From the NCBI RefSeq assembly GCF_009914755.1, contig NC_060933.1: a stretch of DNA of 64,000 nucleotides; one strand, written 5' to 3'. The translations under genes and the position numbers were made by a program. Origin of the DNA: the human T2T-CHM13v2.0 reference genome, Homo sapiens. Under the pieces are notes generated by a model. It was not told the DNA's origin. It worked only from the letters and a program-made list of their open reading frames with translations, and did no database searches. Below, piece by piece: positions 13,651-27,780 of the stretch; positions within the stretch are counted from its first letter, which is position 1; each line of letters starts with the position of its first letter.

Positions 13651-16600
13651 GAATGGAACGGAATGGAATGGAATGGAATGGAATGGAATGGAATGGAATG
13701 CAATGGAATCAACCCGAGTGCAATGGAATGGAGTGGAATGGAATGGAATGGAATGGAACAACCCGAATGGAATGGAATGTAATGGAGAGTAAGGGAGTTG
13801 AATAGAATCAATCCGAATGTAATGGAATGGAATGGAACGAAATGGAATTGAATGGAATGGAATGGAATGGAATGCAATGGAATGGAATAGTCCTGAATGG
13901 AATGGAATGGAATGGAATGCAACGCAATGGAATCAACTCGATTGCAATGGAATGGAATGGAATGCAAAGGAATACATTGGAATTAACCCGAGTGGAATGG
14001 AATGGAAAGGACTGGAATGGAGTGGAATGGAATGGAATGGAATGGAATGGAATCAACTCGACTGGAATGGAATGGAATGGAATGGAATGGAATGGAATGG
14101 AATTAACCCGAATGGAATGGAATGGAATGGAATGGAATGGAACGGAATGGAGTGGAATGGAATGGAATCGAATGGAATGGAATCAACCCGACTGCAGGGG
14201 AATGGAATGGAATGGAATGCAATGGAATGGATTCAACTTGAATGGAATGGAAAGAATGGAATCAACACGAGTGGAATGGCATGGATTGGAATGGAATGGA
14301 ATGGAATCAACCCGAGTACAGGGGAATGGAATGGAATGGAATGCAATGGAATGGAATCATCCGTAATGGAATGGAAAGGAATGGAATGGAATGGAATGGA
14401 ATGGAATAGAATGGAATGGAATCAACTCGATTGCAATCGAATGGAATGGAATGGAATTAACCCGAATAGAATGGAATGGAATGGAATGGAACGGAACGGA
14501 ACGGAATGGAATGGATTGGAATGGAATGGAATGGAATGGAATGGAACGGAAAGGAATGGAATGGAATGGAATGGAATGGAATGGAATGGAATGGAATCAA
14601 CGCGAGTGCAGGGGAATGGAATGGAATGGAATGCAATGGAATGGAATCTTCCGGAATGGAATGGAATGGAATGGAATGGAATGGAATAAACCCGAGTGCA
14701 ATGGAATGGAGTGGAATGGAATGGAATGGAATGGAACAACCCGAATGGAATGGAATGTAATGGAGAGTAAGGGAGTTGAATAGAATCAATCCGAATGTAA
14801 TGGAATGGAATGGAACGGAATGGAATTGAATGGAATGGAATGGAATGCAATGGAATGGAATCAACCCGAGTGCAATGGAATGGAGAGGAATGGAATGGAA
14901 TGGAATGGAAACTACCCGAATGGAATGGAATGTAATGGAGTGTAAGGGAATTGAATAGAATCAATCCGAATGTAATGGAATGGAATGGAACGGAATGGAA
15001 AGGAATGGAATGGAATGGAATGGCATGGATTGGAATGGAATGGAATGGAATCAACCCGAGTACAGGGGAATGGAATGGAATGGAATGCAATGGAATGGAA
15101 TAATCCGTAATGGAATGGAAAGGAATGGAATGGAATGGAATGGAATGGAATGGAATCAACTCGATTGCAATCGAATGGAATGGAATGGAATTAACCCGAA
15201 TAGAATGGAATGGAATGGAATGGAACGGAACGGAATGGAATGGAATGGAATGGAATGGAACGGAACGGAATGGAATGGAATGGAATGGAATGGAATCAAC
15301 GCGAGTGCAGGGGAATGGAATGGAATGGAATGGAATGCAATGGGATGGAAACTTCCGAAATGGAAAGAAATGGAATGGAATGGAATGAAATGCAACGGAT
15401 TCAACTCGATTGCAATGGAATGGAATAGAATGGAATGGAATGGAATGGAATGGAATGGAATTAATCCGAATAGAATGGAATGGAATGGAATGGAACGGAA
15501 TGGAACGGAATGGAATGGAATGGAATGGAATGGAATGGTATGGAATGGAATGGAATGGTACGGAATAGAATGGAATGGAACGAATTGTAATGGAATGGAA
15601 TTGAATGGAATGGAATGGAATGGAATGGAATCAACACGAGTGCAGGGGAATGTAATGGAACGGAATGCAATGGAATGGAATCATCCGGAATGGAATGGAA
15701 TGGAATGGAATGGAATGGAATGGAATGGAATGGAATCAACCCGAGTGCAATGGAATGGAGTGGAATGGAATGGAATGGAATGGAACAACCCGAATGGAAT
15801 GGAATGTAATGGAGAGTAAGGGAGTTGAATAGAATCAATCCGAATGTAATGGAATGGAATGCAACGGAATGGAATGGAATGGAATGGAATGGAATCAACC
15901 CGAGTACAATGGAATGGAATGGAATGGAATGGAATGGAATGGAATGGAATGGAATGGAATGATACGGAATAGAATGGAATGGAACGAAATGGAATGGAAT
16001 GGAATGGAATGGAATGGAATGGAATGGAATGGAATGGAATCGTTCCGAGTGGAACAGGAGGGAATGTATTCGAATGGAATGGAAAGGAATGGAATCAACC
16101 AGAGTGGAATGGAAGGGAATGGAATGGAATGGAATGGAATGGAATGGAATGGAATGGAATGGAATCAACACGATTGCAATCGAATGGAATGGAATGGAAT
16201 TAACCCGAATAGAACGGAATGGAATGGAATGGAATGGAATGGAAAGGAATGGAATGGAATGGAATGGAATGGAATGGAACGGAAAGGAAGGGAATGGAAT
16301 GGAATAGAATGGAATGGAATGGAATCAACGCGAGTGCAGGGGAATGGAATGGAATGGAATGCAATGAAATGGAATCCTCCGGAATGGAATGGAATGGAAT
16401 GGAATGCAATGGAATCAATCCGAGTACAATGGAATGGAGTGGAATGGAATGGAATGGAATGGAACAACCCGAATAGAATGGAATGTAATGGAGAGTAAGG
16501 GAGTTGAATAGAATCAATCCGAATGTAATGGAATGGAATGGAACGGAATGGAATTGAATGGAATGGAATGGAATGCAATGGAATGGAATCAACCTGAGTG

Positions 16601-16959
16601 CAATGGAATGGAGAGGAATGGAATGGAAACTACCCGAATGGAATGGAATGTAATGGAGTGTAAGGCCATTGAATAGAATCAATCCGAATGTAATGGAATG
16701 GAATGTAATGGAATGTAATGGAATGTAATGGAATGGAATGGAATGGAATGGAATTCAAAGGAATGGAATCAACCCGAGTGGAATGGAATGGAAAGGACTG
16801 GAATGGAATGGAATGGAATGGAATCAACTCGATTGTAATGGAATGGAATGGAATGGAATGGAATGGAATGGAATGGAATGGAATAAACCCGAGTGCAATG
16901 CAATGGAGTGGAATGGATTGGAATGGAATGGAACAACCCGAATCGAATGGAATGTAATG

Positions 16960-19440
16960 GAGAGTAAGGGAGTTGAACAGAATGAATCCGAATGTAATGG
17001 AATGGAATGGAACGGAATGGAATTGAATGGAATGGAATGGAATGCAATGGAATGGAATCAACCCGAGGTCAATGGAATGGAGAGGAATGGAATGGAATGG
17101 AATGGAAACTACACGAATGGAATGGAATGTAATGGAGTGTAAGGGAATTGAATAGAATCAATCCGAATGTAATGGAATGGAATGGAACGGAATGGAATGG
17201 AATGGAATGGAATGGAATGGAATGGAATGCAATGGAATGGAATCAACACGAGTGCAATCGAATGGAATCGAATGGAATGGAATGCAATGGAATGGATTCA
17301 ACTTGAATGGAATGGAAAGAATGGAATCAACACGAGTGGAATGGCATGGATTGGAATGGAATGGAATGGAATCAACCCGAGTACAGGGGAATGGAATGGA
17401 ATGGAATGCAATGGAATGGAATCATCCGTAATGGAATGGAAAGGAATGGAATGTAATGGAATGGAATGGAATGGAATGGAATGGAATGGAATCAACTCGA
17501 TTGCAATCGAATGGAATGGAATGGAATTAACCCGAATAGAATGGAATGGAATGGAATGGAACGGAACGGAATGGAATGGAATGGAATGGAATGGAACGGA
17601 AAGGAAGGGAATGGAATGGAATAGAATGGAATGGAATGGAATCAACGCGAGTAAAGGGGAATGGAATGGAATGGAATGCAATGGAATGGAATCTTCCGGA
17701 ATGGAATGGAATGGAATGGAATGGAATGGAATGGATTGGAATGGAATCAACCCGAGTGCAATGGAATGGAGTGGAATGGAATGGAATGGAATGGAACAAC
17801 CCGAATGGAATGGAATGTAATGGAGAGTAAGGGAGTTGAATAGAATCAATCCGAATGTAATGGAATGGAATGGAACGGAATGGAATTGAATGGAATGGAA
17901 TGGAATGCAATGGAATGGAATCAACCCGAGTGCAATGGAATGGAGAGGAATGGAATGGAATGGAATGGAAACTACTCGAATGGAATGGAATGTAATGGAG
18001 TGTAAGGGAATTGAATACAATCAATCCGAATGTAATGGAATGGAATGGAACGGAACGGAATGGAATGGAATGGAATGGAATGGAATGGAATGGAATGCAA
18101 TGGAATGGAATCAACCCGAGTGCAATCGAATGGAATCGAATGGAATGGAATGCAATGGAATGGATTCAACTTGAATGGAATGGAAAGAATGGAATCAACA
18201 CGAGTGGAATGGCATGGATTGGAATGGAATGGAATGAAATCAACCCGAGTACAGGGGAATGGAATGGAATGGAATGCAATGGAATGGAATCATCCGTAAT
18301 GGAATGGAAAGGAATGGAATGGAATGGAATGGAATGGAACGGAATGGAATGGAATGGAATCAACTCGATTGAAATCGAATGAAATGGATTGGAATTAACC
18401 CGAATAGAATGGAATGGAATGGAATTGGAACGGAACGGAATGGAATGGAATGGAATGGAATGGAACGGAAAGGAAGGGAATGGAATGGAATAGAATGGAA
18501 TGGAATGGAATCAACGCGAGTAAAGGGGAATGGAATGGAATGGAATGCAATGGAATGGAATCTTCCGGAATGGAATGGAATGGAATGGAATGGAATGGAA
18601 TGGAATGGAATGGAATCAACCCGAGTGCAATGGAATGGAGTGGAATGGAATGGAATGGAATGGAACAACCCGAATGGAATGGAATGTAATGGAGAGTAAG
18701 GGAGTTGAATAGAATCAATCCGAATGTAATGGAATGGAATGGAACGGAATGGAATTGAATGGAATGGAATGGAATGCAATGGAATGGAATCAACCCGAGT
18801 GCAATGGAATGGAGAGGAATGTAATGGAATGGAATGGAAACTACCCGAATGGAATGGAATGTAATGGAGTGTAAGGGAATTGAATAGAATCAATCCGAAT
18901 GTAATGGAATGGAATGGAACGGAACGGAATGGAATGGAATGGAATGGAATGGAATGGAATGCAATGGAATGGAATCAACCCGAGTACAATCGAATGGAAT
19001 CGAAAGGAATGGAATGCAATGGAATGGATTCAACTTGAATGGAATGGAAAGAATGGAATCAACACGAGTGGAATGGCATGGATTGGAATGGAATGGAATG
19101 GAATCAACCCCAGTACAGGGGAATGGAATGGAATGGAATGCAATGGAATGGAATCATCCGTAATGGAATGGAAAGGAATGGAATGGAATGGAATGGAATG
19201 GAATGGAATGGAATGGAATGGAATCAACTAGATTGCAATCGAATGGAATGGAACGGAATTAACCCGAATAGAATGGAATGGAATGGAATGGATCGGAACG
19301 GAATGGAATGGAATGGAATGGAATGGAATGGAACGGAACGGAATGGAATGGAATGGAATGGAATGGAATGGAATCAACGCGAATGCAGGGGAATGGAATG
19401 GAATGGAATGCAATGGAATGGAATCTTCCAGAATGGAATG
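16960..19440 (+). repeat. Tandem run of the ~865-bp module (about 3 copies)
   Basis: Equivalent ORF starts at 17177/18045/18909 (offsets 868, 864). The variant CAACGCGAGTAAAGGGG occurs at 17643 and 18512. HSE cassettes lie at 17688/18557/19420. Confidence 0.85.
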
Positions 19441-22400
19441 GAATGGAACGGAATGGAATGAAATGCAATGGATTCAACTCGATTGCAATGGAATGGAATA
19501 GAATGGAATGGAATGGAATGGAATGGAATTAATCCGAATAGAATGGAATGGAATGGAATGGATCGGAATGGAACGGAATGGAATGGAATGGAATGAAATG
19601 GAATGGTATGGAATGGAATGGAACGGTACGGAATAGAATGGAATGGAACGAATTGTAATGGAATGGAATTGAATGGAATGGAATGGAATGGAATGGAATC
19701 AACGCGACTGCAGGGGAATGTAATGGAACGGAATGCAATGGAATGGAATCATCCGGAATGGAATGGAATGGAATGGAATGGAATCAACGCGAGTGCAATG
19801 GAATAGAGTGGAATGGAATGGAATGGAATGGAACAACCCGAATGGAGTGGAATGTAATGGAGAGTAAGGGAGTTGAATAGAATCAATCCGAATGTAATGG
19901 AATGGAATGCAACGGAATGGAATGGAATGGAATGGAATGGAATGCAATGGAATTGAATCAACCCGAGTACAATGGAATGGAATGGAATGGAATGGAATGG
20001 AATGGAATGGAATGGAATGGAATCGTTCCGAGTGGAATAGGAGGATATGTATTCGAGTGGAATGGAAAGGAATGGTATCAACCAGAGTGGAATGGAAGGG
20101 AATGGAATGGAATGGAAACTAATAGAATGGAATCAACCCGAGTGGAATGGAATGCAAAGGAATGGAATGGAATGGAATGGAATGGAATCAACTCGATTGT
20201 AATGGAATGGAATGGAATGGAATGGAATGGATTGGAATTAACCCGAATACAATGGAATGGAATGGAATGGAACGGAATGGAGTGGAATGGAATGGAATCA
20301 ACCCGAGTGCAGGGGAATGGAATGGAATGGAATGCAATGGAATGGAATCATCCGGAATGGAATGGAATGGAATGGAATGCAAAGCAATGGAATCAACTCG
20401 ATTGCAATGGAATGGAATGGAATGGAAAGGAATACATTGGAATCAACCCGAGTGGAATGGAATGGAAAGGACTGGAATGGAGTGGAATGGAATGGAATGG
20501 AATGGAATGGAATCAACTCGATTGGAATGGAATGGAATGGAATGGAATGGAATTAAACCGAATAGAACGGAATGGAATGGAATGGAACGGAACGGAACGG
20601 AATGGAATGGAATGGAATGGAATGGAATGGAATGGAATGGAATCAACCCGACTGCAGGGTAATGGAATGGAATGGAATGCAATGGAATGGATTCAACTTG
20701 AATGGAATGGAAAGAATGGAATCAACACGAGTGGAATGGCATGGATTGGAATGGAATGGAATGGAATCAACCCGAGTACAGGGGAATGGAATGCAATGGA
20801 ATGGAATCATCCGTAATGGAATGGAAAGGAATGGAATGGAATGGAATAGAATGGAATGGAATCAACTCGATTGCAATCGAATGGAATGGAATGGAATTAA
20901 CCCGAATAGAATGGAATGGAATGGAATGGAATGGAATGGAATGGAACGGAATGGAACGGAATCAACGCGAGTGCAGGGGAATGGAATGGAATGGAATGCA
21001 ATGGAATGGAATCTTCCGGAATGGAATGGAATGGAATGGAATGGAATGGAATAAACCCGAGTGCAATGGAATGGAGTGGAATGGAATGGAATGGAATGGA
21101 ACAACCCGAATGGAATGGAATGTAATGGAGAGTAAGGGAGTTGAATAGAATCAATCCGAATGTAATGGAATGGAATGGAAAGGAATGGAATTGAATGGAA
21201 TGGAATGGAATGCAATGGAATGGAATCAACCCGAGTGCAATGGAATGGAGAGGAATGGAATGGAATGGAATGGAAACTACCCGAATGGAATGGAATGTAA
21301 TGGAGTGTAAGGGAATTGAATAGAATCAATCCGAATGTAATGGAATGGAATGGAACGGAACGGAATGGAATGGAATGGAATGGAATGGAATGGAATGGAA
21401 TGCAATGGAATGGAATCAACCCGAGTGCAATCGAATGGAATCGAATGGAATAGAATGCAATGGAATGGATTCAACTTGAATGGAATGGAAAGAATGGAAT
21501 CAACACGAGTGGAATGGCATGGATTGGAATGGAATGGAATGGAATCAACCCGAGTACAGGGGAATGGAATGGAATGGAATGCAATGGAATGGAATCATCC
21601 GTAATGGAATGGAAAGGAATGGAATGGAATGGAATGGAAAGGAATGGAATGGAATGGAATGGAATCAACTCGATTGCAATCGAATGGAATGGAATGGAAT
21701 TAACCCAAATAGAATGGAATGGAATGGAATGGAACGGAACGGAATGGAATGGAATGGAATGGAATGGAATGGAACGGAACGGAACGGAACGGAATGGATG
21801 GAATGGAATGGAATGGAATGGAATGGAATCAACGAGACTGCAGGGTAATGGAATGGAATGCAATGCAATGGAATGGAAACTTCCGGAATGGAATGGAATG
21901 GAATGGAATGGAATGAAATGTAATGGATTCAACTCGATTGCAATGGAATGGAATAGAATGCAATGGAATGGAATGGAATGGAATGGAATTAACCCGAATA
22001 GAATGGAATGGAATGGAATGGAACGGAATGGAACGGAATGGAATTGAATGGAATGGAATGGAATGGTATGGAATGGAATGGAATGGTACGGAATAGAATG
22101 GAATGGAACGAATTGTAATGGAATGGAATTGAATGGAATGGAATGGAATGGAAAGGAATCAACGCGAGTGCAGGGGAATGTAATGGAACGGAATGCAATG
22201 GAATGGAATCATCCGGAATGGAATGGAATGGAATGGAATGGAATGGAATCAACCCGAGTGCAATGGAATGGAGTGGAATGGAATGGAACAACCCGAATGG
22301 AATGGAATGTAATGGAGAGTAAGGGAGTTGAATAGAATCAATCCGAATGTAATGGAATGGAATGCAACGGAATGGAATGGAATGGAATGGAATGGAATGC

Positions 22401-22699
22401 AATGGAATTGAATCAACCCGATTGCAATAGAATGGAATCGAATGGAATGGAATGCAATGGAATGGATGCAACTTGAATGGAATGGAAAGAATGGAATCAA
22501 CACAAGTGGAATGGCATGGATTGGAATGGAATGGAATGGAATCAACCCGAGTACAGGGGAATGGAATGGAATGGAATGCAATGGAATGGAATCATCCGTA
22601 ATGGAATGGAAAGGAATGGAATGGAATGGAATGGAATGGAATGGAATGGAATAAACCCGAGTGCAATGGAATGGAGTGGAATGGAATGGAATGGAATGG

Positions 22700-25470
22700 A
22701 ACAACCCGAATGGAATGGAATGTAATGGAGAGTAAGGGAGTTGAATAGAATCAATCCGAATGTAATGGGATGGAATGGAACGGAATGGAATTGAATGGAA
22801 TGGAATGGAATGGAATGGAATGGAATCAACCCGAGTTCAATGGAATGGAGAGGAATGGAATGGAATGGAATGGAATTGAATCAACCCGAGTTCAATGGAA
22901 TGGAGAGGAATGGAATGGAATGGAATGGAGACTACACGAATGGAATGGAATGTAATGGAGTGTAAGGGAATTGAATAGAATCAATCCGAATGTAATGGAA
23001 TGGAAAGGAACGGAATGGAATGGAATGGAATGGAATGGAATGGAATGGAATGGAATGCAATGGAATGGAATCAACCGGAGTGCAATCGAATGGAATCGAA
23101 TGGAATGGAATGCAATGGAATGGATTCAACTTGAAGGGAATGGAAAGAATGGAATCAACACGAGTGGAATGGCATTTATTGGAATGGAATGGAATGGAAT
23201 CAACCCGAGTACAGGGGAATGGAATGGAATGGAATGCAATGGAATGGAATCATCCGTAATGGAATGGGAAGGAATGGAATGGAATGGAATGGAACGGAAC
23301 GCAATGGAATGGAATGGAATGGAATGGAACGGAAAGGAAGGGAATGGAATGGAATAGAATGTAATGGAATGGAATCAACGCCAGTGCAGGGGAATGGAAT
23401 GGAATGGAATGCAATGGAATGGAATCTTCCGGAATGGAATGGAATGGAATGGAATGGAATCAACCCGAGTGCAATGGAATGGAGTGGAATGGAATGGAAT
23501 GGAATGGAACAACCCGAATGGAATGGAATGTAATGGAGAGTACGGGAGTTGAATAGAATCAATCCGAATGTAATGGAATGGAATGGAACGGAATGGAATT
23601 GAATGGAATGGAATGGAATGCAATGGAATGGAATCAACCCGAGTGCAATGGAATGGAGAGGAATGGAATGGAATGGAATGGAAACTACCCGAATGGAATG
23701 GAATGTAATGGAGTGTAAGGGAATTGAATAGAATCATTCCGAATGTAATGGAATGGAATGGAACGGAATGGAATGGAATGGAATGGAATGGAATGGAATG
23801 GAATGCAATGGAATGGAATCAACCCGAGTGCAATCGAATGGAATCGAATGGAATGGAATGCAATGGAATGGATTCAACTTGAATGGAATGGAAAGAATGG
23901 AATCAACACGAGTGGAATGGCATGGATTGGAATGGAATGGAATGGAATCAACCCGAGTACAGGGGAATGGAATGGAATGGAATGAAATGGAATGGAATCA
24001 TCCTTAATGGAATGGAAAGGAATGGAATGGAATGGAATTGAATGGAATGCAATCAACTCGATTGCAATCGAATGGAATGGAATGGAATTAACCCGAATAG
24101 AATGGAATGGAATGGAATGGAACGGAACGGAACGGAATGGAATGGATTGGTATGGAATGGAATGGAATGGAATGGAACGGAATGGAATGGAATGGAATGG
24201 AATGGAATGGAATGGAATGGAATCAACGCGAGTGCAGGGGAATGGAATGGAATGGAATGCAATGGAATGGAATCTTCCGGAATGGAATGGAATGGAATGG
24301 AATGGAATGGAATGGAATGGAATAAACCCGAGTGCAATGGAATGGAGTGGAATGGAATGGAATGGAATGGAACAACCCGAATGGAATGGAATGTAATGGA
24401 GAGTACGGGAGTTGAATAGAATCAATCCGAATGTAATGGAATGGAATGGAACGGAATGGAATTGAATGGAATGGAATGGAATGCAATGGAATGGAATCAA
24501 CCCGAGTGCAATGGAATGGAGAGGAATGGAATGGAATGGAATGGAAACTACCCGAATGGAATGGAATGTAATGGAGTGTAAGGGAATTGAATAGAATCAT
24601 TCCGAATGTAATGGAATGGAATGGAACGGAATGGAATGGAATGGAATGGAATGGAATGGAATGGAATGCAATGGAATGGAATCAACCCGAGTGCAATCGA
24701 ATGGAATCGAATGGAATGGAATGCAATGGAATGGATTCAACTTGAATGGAATGGAAAGAATGGAATCAACACGAGTGGAATGGCATGGATTGGAATGGAA
24801 TGGAATGGAATCAACCCGAGTACAGGGGAATGGAATGGAATGGAATGAAATGGAATGGAATCATCCTTAATGGAATGGAAAGGAATGGAATGGAATGGAA
24901 TTGAATGGAATGCAATCAACTCGATTGCAATCGAATGGAATGGAATGGAATTAACCCGAATAGAATGGAATGGAATGGAATGGAACGGAACGGAACGGAA
25001 TGGAATGGATTGGTATGGAATGGAATGGAATGGAATGGAACGGAATGGAATGGAATGGAATGGAATGGAATGGAATGGAATGGAATGGAATCAACGCGAG
25101 TGCAGGGGAATGGAATGGAATGGAATGCAATGGAATGGAATCTTCCGGAATGGAATGGAATGGAATGGAATGGAATGGAATGGAATGGAATAAACCCGAG
25201 TGCAATGGAATGGAGTGGAATGGAATGGAATGGAATGGAACAACTCGAATGGAATGGAATGTAATGGAGAGTAAGGGAGTTGAATAGAATCAATCCGAAT
25301 GTAATGGAATGGAATGGAACGGAATGGAATTGAATGGAATGGAATGGAATGCAATGGAATGGAATCAACGCGAGTGAAATGGAATGGAGAGGAACGGAAT
25401 GGAATGGAATGGAAACTACCCGAATGGAATGGAATGTAATGGAGTGTAAGGGAATTGAATAGAATCAATC
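22700..25470 (+). repeat. Tandem run of the 863-868-bp module (about 3 copies; two nearly identical)
   Basis: Private variants at offset 863: GAGTACGGGAG 23538/24401, AATCATTCCG 23732/24595, TCATCCTTAA 23998/24861. Identical ORFs at 23753/24616. Confidence 0.92.
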
Positions 25471-27660
25471 CGAATGGAATGGAATGGAATGGAACGGAAT
25501 GGAATGGAATGGAATGGAATGGAATGGAATGGATTGGTATGGAATGGAATGGAATGGTACGTAATAGAATGGAATGGAACGAATTTTAATGGAATGGAAT
25601 TGAATGGAATGGAATGGAATGGAATGGAATCAACGCGAGTGCAGGGGAATGTAATGGAACGGAATGCAATGGAATGGAATCATCCAGAATGGAATGGAAC
25701 GGAATGGAATGTAATGGAATCAACCCGAGTGCAATGGAATGGAGTGGAATGGAATGGAATGGAATGGAACAACCCAAATGGAATGGAAGGTAATGGAGAG
25801 TAAGGGAGTTGAATAGAATCAATCCGAATGTAATGGAATGGAAAGCAACGGAATGGAACGGAATGGAATGGAATGGAATGGAATGGAATGGAATGCAATG
25901 GAATGGAATCAACCCGAGTACAATGGAATGGAATGGAATGGAATGGAATGGAATGGAATGGAATGGAATTGAACGCAATGGAATGGAATCTTCCGGAATG
26001 GAATGGAATGGAATGGAATGGAATGCAATGGATTCAACTCGATTGCAATGGAATGGAATAGAATGGAATGGAATGGAATGGAATGGAATGGAATGGAATT
26101 AAGCCGAATAGAATGGAATGGAATGGAATGGAATGGAATGGAATGGAATGGAATGCAATGGAATGGAATCAACCCGAGTACAATGGAACCGAATGTAATG
26201 TAATGTAATGTAATGGAATGGAATGGAATGGAATGGAATCAACCCGAGTGCAATGGAATGGAGAGGAATGGAATGGAATGGAATGGAAACTACCCGAATG
26301 GAATGGAATGTAATGGAGTGTAAGGGAATTGAATAGAATCAATCCGAATGGAATGGAATGGAATGGAACGGAATCGAACGGAATGGAATGGAATGGAATC
26401 AACCCGAGTGTAGGGGAATGGAATGGAATGGAATGCATTGGAATGGAATCATCCGGAATGGAATGGAATGGAATGGAATGGAATGGAATGGAATGGAATC
26501 AATCCGAGTGCAATGGAATGGAGTGGAATGGAATGGAATGGAATGGAACAACCCGAATGGAATGGAATGTAATGGAGAGTAAGGGAGTTGAATAGAATCA
26601 ATCCGAATGTAATGGAATGGAATGCAACGGAATGGAATGGAATGGAATGGAATGGAATGCAATGGAATGGAATCAACCCGAGTGCAATGGAATGGAGTGG
26701 AATGGAATGGAATGGAATGGAACAACCCGAATGGAATGGAATGGAATGGAGAGTAAGGGAGTTGAATAGAATCAATCCGAATGTAATGGAATGGAATGGA
26801 ACGGAATGGAATTGAATGGAATGGAATGGAATGCAATGGAATGGAATCAAACCGAGTGCAATGGAATGGAGAGGAATGGAATGGAATGGAATGGAATGCA
26901 ATGGAATGGAATCAACCCGAGTGCAATGGAATAGAGAGGAATGGAATGGAATGGAATGGAAACTACCCGAATGGAATGGAATGGAATGTAATGGAGTGTA
27001 AGGGAATTGAATAGAATCAATCCAAATGTAATGGAATGGAATGGAACGGAATGGAATGGAATGGAATGGAATGGAATGGAATGGAATGCAATGGAATGGA
27101 ATCAACCCGAGTGCAATCGAATGGAATCCAACTGAATGGAAGGCAATGGAATGGATTCAACTTGAATGGAATGGAAAGAATGGAATCAACACGAGTGGAA
27201 TGGCATGGATTGGAATGGAATGGAACGGAATCAACCCGAGTACCAGGGAATGGAATGGAATGGAATGCAATGGAATGGAATCATCCGTAATGGAATGGAA
27301 AGGAATGGAATGGAATGGAATGGAATGGAATCAACTCGATTGCAATCGAATGGAATGGAATGGAATTAACCCGAATAGAATGGAATGGAATGGAATGGAA
27401 CGGAACGGAATGGAATGGAATGGAATGGAATGGAATCAAAGCGAGTGCAGGGGAATGGAATGGAATGGAATGCAATGGAATGGAAACTTCCGGAATGGAA
27501 TGGAATGGAATGGAATGGAATGAAATGCAATGGATTCAACTCGATTGCAATGGAATGGAATAGAATGGAATGGAATGGAATGGAATGGAATGGAATTAAT
27601 CCGAATAGAATGGAATGGAATGGAATGGAACGGAACGGAATGTAATGTAATGGAATGGAA

Positions 27661-27780
27661 TGGTATGGAATGGAATGGAATGGTACGGAATAGAATGGAA
27701 TGGAGAGAATTGTAATGGAATGGTATGGAATGGAATGGAATGGTACGGAATAGAATGGAATGGAGCGAATTGTAATGGAA
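27661..27780 (+). repeat. 60-bp tandem duplication
   Basis: TGGTATGGAATGGAATGGAATGGTACGGAATAGAATGGAATGGAG(A/C)GAATTGTAATGGAA occurs twice back to back with 1 mismatch. Confidence 0.9.
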
